A stretch of 47,160 bases of DNA. Origin: Catajapyx aquilonaris (taxonomy: Eukaryota). Shown one piece after another: positions 38,001 to 47,160 of this stretch. Position 1 is the stretch's first letter, and the number at the start of each line of letters is the position of its first letter. Location of the stretch: NCBI GenBank assembly GCA_000934665.2, contig JYFJ02003041.1, positions 1 to 47,160 of the forward strand. Reading direction: 5' to 3'. Made by a program: the position numbers and the translations under genes. The notes under the pieces were generated by a model. That model saw only the letters and a list, made by a program, of their open reading frames with translations. It did no database searches and was not told the DNA's origin.

Positions 38001-40181
38001 TCATGGGTAATTTTAGCATATAGGAAGGGAAAATAAGGCAATGCTGCATTGAATCGGACATGAGCACAGGCAACCGTAATCCGATCCTCAGCCTCTTCTT
38101 TTAACCGTGTTATCGCTGGACGTAAAAAATGTCAAACTTGTGCAATGTATAGAAGAGGACCTGAGTCATGCACACAAATAGTTTTTCACTCCATATGAAA
38201 CTTTATTGTAATAGGAGAGCTAGATAATGGCATGAAATTCAAATTTCCTGAGCAATTTTTCCATTATCCTGATTTTCAGGATAGTGGGAGATAAAGGGTT
38301 GTACAGCCAACCACATTGACAACATCCTCTAAAGAAGAGAAGTGGGCTATTCATATTGGAAATTCCACCGAAGCAGTGGTGGCGGAGGGGATATGGTATC
38401 TGACTGCTAATCGGGAGGTCCTGGGTTCGATCCCCGGGGCCGGCAACCCTAACCGTGGTTTTCTGTGGTTTCCCACGGTCCCTCCAGGTAAATGCCGGGG
38501 TTGTTTCCTAAAATAATAGGCCACAGCCGCGTCCTTCCGTCCCTATCCTATCCCCAAAAGCGAAGTAAATATGCAAAGAAAGAGTTCCAGTCAAAACAAA
38601 ACTCCCCCCTAAAGAGCCGCCGGCTGATAACGGGGTATGATATTATTATTATTATTATTATTATTGGGAATTCCTCGAACCTATCCAACACCTCGCACCT
38701 GAGTGCTGGTTAATTGTGCCTTAGCTATTGCATGCCATGCAGTGTGGTACCATCACCCACATTTTCTTTTGCTTTAAGATCCTCATGGCCTTTTGTTTCA
38801 CAGCATTCTTTGCTGGCCCATCACGCATTTTCTTCATCTGGTCCTTGTACTTCCGCAGCTCTGCATCCAGGCGTGCAATCTTCTTATCCACAGATTCAGC
38901 ACGACTGTCCACCTGCAATTAAAATTGGGTTATAAGACTATCCAAGGAGTGAGTGGTGACTATTCATTCAAGATGGTTGGCAAGGAATATTGGGTACTTT
39001 TCCGTTTGCTGATACCCAATATTACCGAAAATTGTTCTCATACTGAACCTGTCAACTTATGATGACAGAAATCAAACTGTTCTGAGTTGTTCACACAATG
39101 TATACACCTGCTGGGAAGTACCTAGGGGTAAAAGCACAAAATGACCCAGACTGACATTGCAATTCTACCTTGCACCACCCCTGATCCCCCCCCCAGTCAC
39201 CTTACCCTGCCAGCAGACCTGAGTGTTTCGATGAATGGTTACCCCTTGCTAAATGGTTCCCTAGAAGATCTAACAACTTAGGTTCAAATCAACACTAGCC
39301 ATATAGACATATGCAACATTTCTGCCAATACCGATGCGAGCTCAATTATGAAATGTACAGTATATTCTGTAATACTGACAAAATACCTTACCAGCCCAGA
39401 GCCTGAATAACCATTAAGATAAGAAATACTGACATGTTTCCAAGCCTAGTATATACGTTTACAGCACTGCTCTGTCTACATGACTGTATTTACTGCACTA
39501 ACTGTCAATGAGAGATTAGCACTTATTTATGTGCGCAGCACTCATTTTGTGGGCAATTTTGCAAGCATGTCATAATTTGGCCTCATCTCTGGATTTGCAT
39601 TAGCTGATGGAAGCGGTGGGTCCACCACTTTCATCTGCTAATGTCAGCAAGAGCCTTGAACACAATTCCTTGGTTCGCCTAATCCTGCCCATGCAAGAGG
39701 TTAGGCACTACTCATGGAAGTGTACAGTGTTGGACATTAATCGTGCCATACTGCTAGCGACATTTTCCAAAGCGGCAGAAGAACGATTGAAGATATGGAT
39801 TGTTCAAGCCGTGCGAGCAAGATTCGTTCTTCTGCCGCTAGCAGTATGACGCGATTAATGTCCAACACTGTACTCTGGCTTCTGGTGCACCTCGGTGCAC
39901 TAGTTGATGTGACGCAGCCCTCCATTAAATGTACACCAACGTGCCTAACCTATGTCAACAAATAAAATTGCTATGGTTCAACAATACTTTCAACACAGTA
40001 GGTCAGCCAGCAGCCATAAAAGTCTTACGTAAAAACCATGAGTTATTACCAGTCATTTGCATATTATATGCTGCACAAAGTCACCCTACACAAATGGCCT
40101 AACTATACTTACGCCGGAAATGCAGTCTGTCAGGTTTGGAGGTGGCTCTTTGGGCTTAGCTCTGCCAAACAATCGGTTCAT
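35004..40181 (-). CDS. CHMP5: Charged multivesicular body protein 5 (Vps60, ESCRT-III); complement(join(35004-35054,35115-35342,35859-36024,38761-38912,40113-40181)), 221 aa
   Basis: [94 protein letters not shown]...[20 protein letters not shown] junctions give 666 nt in frame. Confidence 0.96.
35115..35342 (-). CDS. CHMP5: CHMP5 exon 4
   Basis: tggcag|GAT GTT CAA GAT ... AAC AAG|gtaatc. Confidence 0.92.
35425..35679. mobile_element. Terminal fragment of the piggyBac-like family that forms the 36820-38155 palindrome (CHMP5 intron 3)
   Basis: Aligns by eye to ~37238-37492 (e.g. CAACAGCTAGCACTGGGTCAAAGGTTGGCTTTGGTGAAGCTGGC) and ends GGG|TTAA. Confidence 0.8.
35859..36024 (-). CDS. CHMP5: CHMP5 exon 3
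   Basis: ttccag|G TAC GAG CAA ... GAC ATT GAG|gtttgt. Confidence 0.92.
36820..38155. repeat. ~1.33-kb imperfect palindrome: two inverted copies of one piggyBac-like end sharing a TTAA
   Basis: Centre GGG|TTAA|CCC at 37486-37495; arms stay reverse-complementary out to CTTCTATACATTGCAC (36820) / GTGCAATGTATAGAAG (38155). Confidence 0.88.
38367..38661 (+). mobile_element. tRNA-derived SINE with (ATT)n tail and 13-bp TSD, in CHMP5 intron 2
   Basis: A/B boxes (GGTGGCGGAGGGG / GGTTCGATCCC); body GGTTTTCTGTGGTTTCCC...CCAGGTAAATGCCGGG...GGCCACAGCCG; flanks TATTGGAAATTCC (38354-38366) and TATTGGGAATTCC (38662-38674). Confidence 0.8.
38761..38912 (-). CDS. CHMP5: CHMP5 exon 2
   Basis: ttgcag|GTG GAC AGT ... 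AAG AAA AT|gtgggt. Confidence 0.92.
39725..39870. mobile_element. 146-bp Tc1-like MITE in CHMP5 intron 1
   Basis: TA|CAGTGTTGGACATTAATCG ... CGATTAATGTCCAACACTG|TA, with inner inverted GCGGCAGAAGAACGA / TCGTTCTTCTGCCGC. Confidence 0.88.
40113..40181 (-). CDS. CHMP5: CHMP5 exon 1 (ATG)
   Basis: aagATG AAC CGA TTG TTT GGC ... TCC GGC|gtaagt; 69 nt. Confidence 0.92.
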
Positions 40182-40570
40182 CTTGTTCCTAGACGTGGTC
40201 TGTGCCTTCCCGAATGATAATGTCAGTCAGTGGAAGCACAAGCCACCAATGATGCACGACCAGCTCCAAGGCAAGCACCCTCACCTCCCCGTGACCGGAA
40301 GTCAGGCCGAGTACATTAGCAGACGCCAGATATGGGCCCAGATATGCAATGTCATTAGGCCCGTATTTTTAAACGTTCGATTAGAATAGGCTAACAAGTT
40401 TTTTAATTACTATTACTTGATGAACGCCAGGTACATGTTGAATAAATGTGCGATTTAGGCGGAATCGGGTGGAATTGCGAAACATTAGCCACCTAGCGAC
40501 AAGACAACTAGGTGCTGTTAGGTGTGTTCCACACCGTCAGATGGTGCCAGCAGCAAATATGGCGACAAGT
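40182..40570 (-). promoter_or_regulatory. CHMP5 5' UTR / promoter region
   Basis: Locally CpG-richer sequence just upstream of the ATG; ETS-like CCGGAAGT (40295-40302), CTCF-like GCCACCTAGCGAC (40488-40500) and CCGTCAGATGGTGC (40534-40547), YY1-like CAAATATGGCG (40554-40564). Motif matches only. Confidence 0.45.
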
Positions 40571-41834
40571 GGCTTGGAGAAGCGCAATTATTCAAATTAA
40601 TATATGATTACAGGCTGCACAAACCTCGCGTGTAGGCAAAGTCTGCACGAAAATCATTAGTTTGTGCGAATGTGTTCGGTCACTTCCAATCAAGAATTTG
40701 CCACTTAGTGTTTGATTTACAAGTCCTAAAGTGCACAAAAGTAACACAAGAGAGACCCACATTTATTAAGAAATGGACACAAGCTAAATCCAAAGCAGCA
40801 CTTGATTGTTTCTATAGTAGTTTCAAGGTTTCATACACCTTCAAACTCTCATAATGGGAACATACAGTGCCCTAACATAACTTCACACACACACAATGAC
40901 TGCAGAGTTAGTATTGTGAAAATTTCCCTCATCCTTTCCAATGCTTGATGCAGTCATAGACAGACATGTCCTGAACGCCTGACAGTAAAACAACACAAAT
41001 CAAAAGATATCCAACAAGCAACTCTAGGGTCATATTACAGGACCAATCAAATGAATGCACTTTTATTTCCATCCATTTTTGACAGATAGCCATCCAGTAG
41101 CCATCAGTGCACATGGCAATAGATGACAGAACGCTGTTCTCTATAGGAAGGTACTTCATGGTTCTCATCATCCATTAGAAAAGATCAAAACATGTGAATA
41201 ACTATTCTACACATTGCATATGAAACGTTTTATTCCCTTAAAAATACAACACAATTACTGAAATATATGCGACATAAACTCATGATCATAAAAATTAAGC
41301 ACAAATTGCTAATCATCAACACACAGGTCATACCTGGATCTGCAAGAATTACATGCTCGGATGCTCCGACCATTCAGCCTTCAATCCTATTTCCTCTCTA
41401 ATACTCACTGCATAGCTATAGTTCCAACTGCTTGACCAGTGACTTGAACAAGATGCTTTCCAATCCCACTGAGAGGTATACACATTAGTTTAGTCACTTA
41501 ACCCTTTTCCTGATGAGCTCATTTTGAAGTTGAACTATCACTTCACCAACAATATTGTTCTCCTCATAAAATCAATCCAAAGAGCATGAACATGGGACAT
41601 GAATTGGCACAAATGATCGTATGTGACAACAAATGAAAGGCTTTGGCCATATTCCCAGGCCCAATACTGTACCTTCTCTGCTTTGAACCTGAGTTTGTTG
41701 GGGATTGTTGTGGGTGAATTGCAGGCACCAAAGAGTGTACTCTCATTATGGATAACTGGCACTTGCACTCTTCTTGCCCATTGCACTAAATTGCAATAAT
41801 ATAATTCAGTTCTGTGATACACCATTAATGCAAA

Positions 41835-42136
41835 AGCATTACCCGGATTATCCGTCACCCACGGGGCTGGGGCATCGTCGGATAACCAGAAAGGTCAGAA
41901 AATCCGGGGAGTAAAAAAACTTCGATAAAACAACAAAAAGCATAAAAACATGAAATAACATCCAATATTACGGTTTTCTAAGAAATAGTGTAGAATTTTC
42001 TTTTACACACTCAACTGAACTGTATTTACAATTTAACTAAAACAAAAACAACAAAAAATGCACAGAACATTACAGTATTTCATGAGAAAACATTTATTGC
42101 CAGAGCAGGATGGCCGGATAATCAGGGTTCTAATGT
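41835..42136. mobile_element. Degenerate Tigger-like MITE
   Basis: ACCCGGATTATCCG on the left versus CCGGATAATCAGGGTTCTAATG on the right; repeated GGATAA motifs; ends approximate. Confidence 0.45.
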
Positions 42137-44233
42137 CTTTGCAATCACCGTATAATTGTTAGTATTACATGTTAATTTAATGAGTGACCATTACAACTTA
42201 ATTAGTGACCATTACAATTTTAATGAGGGGCCAATGGACCTGCCACCTTTCCAGTGTAAACAAGGTATCAATTGATATGAATATATTTTACATTGCAGAG
42301 CCAATAAATAAACGAATCTCAATAAAATTGCACTGCAATACTGAAAATATTTATCGAGCCTCTCTCTAATCTGCCCTGATGGGAAGCAGGCATGTGCAGA
42401 TAAGCCTTTATCTCAACCCACTTTAGCAGACTAAGCTGTATGTTTGCACTTTTGATGCACTTCCCTCCCTTCAAAGCAGAAATGGACAGACCCAATGAAC
42501 ATTGTTAGTGCAGCAATGCCATCTTATCAGGACCTCCCTCTCCTTTGTTGACCAGCAGCAGACCAAGAATTACTCGCATGACAATGACAGGCCTTGTAAT
42601 TCTGTCGTCCCAAGGAGAAACACTGAGGGGTTAGCCACTTATGAAGTCCTTCGTACACCTAGACTGAAGTCAGGTTGAAGGTTGTGTGCATTCCCTGCAC
42701 TTATCCTCCCTGGGCCATGGGGGATTAGTGCAGGGCAGCCCCTAGACACTTCTATCCCAGCGCAATAGAAAAGGCTGATCCGTTATTCCTTCCCGCAGCG
42801 GCGCTAGTAAAAACAATGGAATCTCGCTGTGCGTGTCGTTCATTCGCCATAACAAACTAGCGACCCTGTCGGTACAACTCGTGCTACCAATAGCGTATAC
42901 CAAGATGGCCGCAATATGGAGATGTTCACGATCCAGTTCACATCATGGCGACCTCCAGTCAGCGCCACGGCGGGATTGAGTAACGGATCGCAAGATGGCG
43001 GGGAGTTTCCCGACCTATCCTTCTAAGACCATGGTGCAGGGCATGCACGCGACCTTCATCCTTACTGGTTTTGGAGATAGGTTGTTTCTCCTTGGGATTG
43101 CAGAATTATACTGTAGTGTAGCATGAAGTAATAGCAGTACTTGAGACTCCACACATTTCATCACACCATGTTGTAAATTGCAGGAGGGGCCAGAGGGGTT
43201 ACCTTGGTACACAGCAGATCAATCATCATTATCCCTAGTGCTGTTTCCCCAATTGAGGCTCTTGATTGAATTTGAGTGGGAAGAAGCCTAAGCATGATAT
43301 TTGGATGAGAGGCCATTAAAATCAGGCAACAAATCATATGGCAAGATAATGCCTTTCAATTATCCCAGTGTTACAAAACTCAACCCTTGCAATGTTTTGT
43401 AATTAGGGAGGCCCCACTGACCAAAATTTTGATGGGAGTGAATGTTAGCAGACTTGAAAGATTCAAGAGCCATCAGCAATATAATTAGAAAGCCCTGAGC
43501 ATAGGAGTCCTGTGGTTCTTCCTCTGTAACAAGTGAGTCACTGGTAAGGCTGGTTGCATGCATTTTTTATTGGTCCAGACTGTCAGAATGTTGAAATCAC
43601 TGTATGCTGATATGAATTTATTTTTCTACGTCACTCATGGTAATCCAGAATCCTACTTATATTTTATTATCTTGCATGTTATTTATTGTTCAGATATCTT
43701 ATCAACCAGGTTAGGCTCAAATATGCATTGTTCTCAGTGACAATGACCACCTAGCCCACAATGCCAATATACCTAGCAAAGTAGGTCCTGGTGGTGCCAC
43801 CACGCATGACAAAAAATACATTACAAGTACCGCTCTAACCACTGAGCTACCGGGGGCTGACATGACAATAAGTACAGAACACTTCATGTTGGTATATGAA
43901 ATTTTATGTCACATGAAAATTGAGGACAGCCAGTTTAAAACATTTCCCTGCTTTGCATCTGCTTCATTTATATGAGGTAAATAAAGGCGCCATTGTATTA
44001 AATGAATGTCTACGGACGGTTCTTTCTCTGCTAACAATCACCCTCTGGGTGGGATTGGTCAATTCTGTGAAAAATCAGGCAAAATGTACAACCATGCTAT
44101 GCTTTGCAGTGTCTTGCGAGAGACAGTTATTGGAAAATCAGTTAACTTCTACTTCATCATTAATAGTATGAAGCAGTTTTTAAGGAATACTTGCAATTAA
44201 AACTGTCAGGGCCCCATGCACTGTCACATCTCA

Positions 44234-44480
44234 GGTGATAGGTCAGAAGGGCGTATGAGCCTGTAAGGGAATTTTACATGAGAGGGAAAAAAGTTTCATT
44301 ATTTCAATATTCATTATAATTTTGTAACTTTTTTGTGCAGCACACATCTTATCTGCATTGAAACGTGTGTTTGCTGCACAAAAAAGTTGCAAAATTATAA
44401 TGCATATTGAAATAATGAAACTTTTTTCCCTCTCATGTAAAATTCCCTTACAGGCTCATACGCCCTTCTGACCTATCACC
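44234..44480. mobile_element. Foldback MITE-like hairpin, 109-bp arms, 4-bp TSD CTCA
   Basis: CTCA|GGTGATAGGTCAGAAGGG ... CCCTTCTGACCTATCACC|CTCA; arms 44234-44342 and 44372-44480 with two mismatches seen. Confidence 0.85.
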
Positions 44481-44742
44481 CTCATCATAATAATGTTGGA
44501 CAATGTCAAATTTTTCAAGTGGTTCACGTCTCTCAGGAGCCATATCAACTCACTCAAGTGGCTGGCCTGAGAACATCAGCCTTGCATCAGCTTCATTCTT
44601 CCTTGACTGAAACTAGCGCAATTGCTCACTGTCAAAAGCACTGCTATAAGGCATTCAAGTATGGTAACTAATTCAATGGTGCCAGGTGGTAATCTGCTGA
44701 TCTTCCTATTTGTAATTAAGCCCATGTATTTCAATTGTGACA

Positions 44743-45643
44743 CTACCTATCCCCTCCAACAAAGTCATCCTTTGGCTTCTTCTCCTTCTTCGCCTCTTCA
44801 TTCCATTTCATAAAGTAGCTCTTTCCAAACTCATAAGAAGATATCATTATGGCACAGGCAGGTGCCACTTTCACCAATCTGGGTACCAGACCTGCAAAGA
44901 GCCCTCGAAATCCTCTGCCAGCATATATAGATCTGATGGAGTTCAAAACTGAAGGTGCCCGATTATGCTTTCCTACTGAGGAAGAACAGTTTTAGTAAGA
45001 GATGTAACTATCACACTAGTTGCTGGAAACAATTACCGTAAAATATTTCTTTGTTCCCCACTTCAATCTGGTGATGCGTCTTCACCACATCAAATGGGAG
45101 TGTGACTACAGCTGCTATGGAACCAGCTGTTGCACCAGCAACAAGAGAGAAACTCCAATGTGGCTCCACTTGCTTAAATGACTTCTTCATGCTTTCATAG
45201 GAGCACCAATACATTGCTGTAATGAAAATGCACTTATCAATTTGCCTCCTGAAATCCTTTGCACTGACAGTACCAGAGAAAGGAATATCTCTCATGAGTG
45301 TGGCACCCACACCTCTCCAGAGACCCAGCCATCCACGTTGCCTAACAAGTGCAGATAAACCTTCCCCCACCTCCGAGTACTGAAGCTGTTTAGCTTGCAT
45401 CCAGGTACGAAGTAGCTCTAGTGGTGAAAAAATTGTGGCAGCAGCAGTACGTGCTGTCACAGAAGCTGCCAGTGGGACCCAGAGTGGCATATCTAGAATT
45501 TTGGGTCCTGCCAACCATCGTCGCAGACGGTCGTAAGTTGTATAATACAGAACAGTAGCTGGCACGGCCATGGCCAGTGTAGGCGGAAGACCAGACCAAA
45601 GTGAAAAGAAGCCTTCTTGGCGGGAGATCTTCAAAAAGGCATC
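44743..45643 (-). CDS. SLC25A40: Mitochondrial carrier of the SLC25A39/40 (probable glutathione transporter) family, 5'-partial; complement(join(44743-44975,45037-45216,45274-45643))
   Basis: [38 protein letters not shown]...SPLELLRT...RDIPFSAMYW...TLPFDVVKT...[28 protein letters not shown]; carrier Px[D/E]xx[K/R] motifs; introns of 57 and 61 nt. No upstream exon was recognised, so they probably lie beyond the window. Confidence 0.93.
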
Positions 45644-46289
45644 CTGCAAATTGACCAGTTAGATCACTTTCCTGTCAAATTATGCTTCGGTGCATATTTC
45701 TGAAGCAAAACTATTCTTGGCTGTCTACTTTAATATGGTCATTCCTGACAGCCATAGGTATATTTAAAAGTAACAATTTTACACCAGAAAACCAGGCAAT
45801 AGTGCAGTGAGGCACATTTGAGAGGGCAATAAATATAGAGAGAGATTGACCAAGACCAAAACTTTTTGGATGCCATGCTTTGTGACCTTCGACAATTTTA
45901 TTTAGGTTTTGCACATAGTCCACAGGAAAATCATTAAGGTGTTAACTGTACAGTTAATTTCAACTCCACAAGTAACCTGATATTTTTTGCCTATTGGATG
46001 ACAATAATTAGGTACATTTCTGAAACCAGGGGTCCTTCCCTGTTTGTTTACCTTGTAGATCAATCCTAAGTTCATTCCCTCAAAGTTTCAGAATTTCGTA
46101 GCATCAGACAGCAACAGGGATCAACTCTACACACTGCTTGGAAATTGCATCACTTATATCAATGGCCTTATAACTCTTTGTAAGATAATATTAACAATAA
46201 TTTAGAATATTTAAATGTCTTGACTGTAATGAGCTGTCTTTAACAACTTGCAATGACATTACAAAGTATGTTTCATTTTCTTGGACATA

Positions 46290-46791
46290 AGGGTCATTCC
46301 CACGTGCCACAGGGATCCTGATCCTTACCCCTGAAAAACGCGATTGGGGTGTTCCCACATGCCCTTCCTCCACCCTAACGCGTTTACGAAGGTGACTGGC
46401 AACCAGCTTGAGGAAGTTGGCTGCCAGCTTTCGAGTCGCGATCCTGACGTCACTCCCCCCTCTGGACCGGGTCTTAGCCGGGCAACATGGCAGCTCTCTG
46501 CTTGGCCCCGTCTGCCCCCTCGCTCTGCGGGCAGCCAGGACCTGTGTAATAACGTAGATAGCATGCCTCCATGCTATTACAGCCAGGCCTATCGTAGAGT
46601 CACCCGTGCCTTTGGCCAGGAGCCGAAGCGAGAGTCATTTTTTCGCCATGCGGGAAGGCATGGTTCCAAACCAATCCACCAAAAATCACGAAAAGTACGT
46701 GGCTCGTGGAAACAGTCACCAAACGATCCTGATTTTCCCCCTCAGAAACGTGGTTCAAGATCGAGATTTTGTGGCACGTGGGAATGACCCT
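46290..46791. mobile_element. PIF/Harbinger-like MITE in the SLC25A intron
   Basis: ATA|AGGGTCATTCCCACGTGCCACA ... TGTGGCACGTGGGAATGACCCT|ATA; 22-bp perfect TIR, 3-bp TSD, CpG-rich interior. Confidence 0.85.
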
Positions 46792-47160
46792 ATAATCATA
46801 GGTATGTCTAAAGGTGAGCATTAGCGCCGCTAATCCGCTAACAGCTAATAGTGGAACGAATTTTTCGTTAGCTGATTAGCTGTTGTCGCCCACTTTTAAG
46901 GCCGCTAGCGGACCAATTAGCCTCAGCTAAGTTTAGTGCTGCTAAAGGACATGGGGCCAATCCTTATGTAAAAGTTGCACTATTGGATTTGGCTGAAACT
47001 TGGTCAGTTGATGGACCTTGACCTAAGGGTCAATTGTTCTGAAGGACGAAGAAAATATACCGTGCCGTTTGGCCGCTAGAGACACTCAAAGTCGGACTTT
47101 TACGGACTTTCAGGTGGCTCATATCGGGCTCGTTCTCATGTATGTTGTAGAGTTTCATGA

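Noticed and set aside
43815..43857. tRNA-like 5' half on the minus strand (GCCCCCGGTAGCTCAGTGGTTAGAGCG...CTTGTAA)
   Set aside because: No T arm/B box or 3' acceptor strand; a truncated SINE or tRNA fragment, not a tRNA gene.
1..47160. CRISPR arrays, operons, rRNA or prokaryotic defence systems
   Set aside because: The sequence is spliceosomal-intron eukaryotic DNA; no repeat-spacer array or rRNA-like segment was seen.

Overview
Eukaryotic (invertebrate, most likely arthropod) genomic DNA with three intron-containing genes. (1) The 3' part of a CELF3-6/bruno-3 RNA-binding protein gene on + (9 coding exons, 228-16622: RRM2, linker, RRM3). It has an intron 12 nt after the stop and a long downstream exon. 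(2) A complete 5-exon CHMP5/Vps60 gene on - (40181-35004, 221 aa). (3) The 3' three exons of an SLC25A39/40-type mitochondrial carrier on - (45643-44743). Introns and intergenic DNA are dense in MITEs (Tc1/mariner, piggyBac-, Kolobok-, hAT- and Harbinger-type), tRNA-derived SINEs including V-domain SINEs, and decayed transposon coding relics. Main leads: the spliced CELF mRNA stays in frame through its UGA into a 64-codon coding-like ORF (candidate readthrough extension); a 1.3-kb palindrome of two piggyBac-type ends sharing one TTAA, plus a third copy, sets up competing pairing around CHMP5 exon 3; a near-perfect 109-bp hairpin lies in the probable SLC25A 3' UTR; there are two pre-miRNA-like hairpins; and CpG content drops near 27 kb. 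All calls were made by eye, with no database searches.
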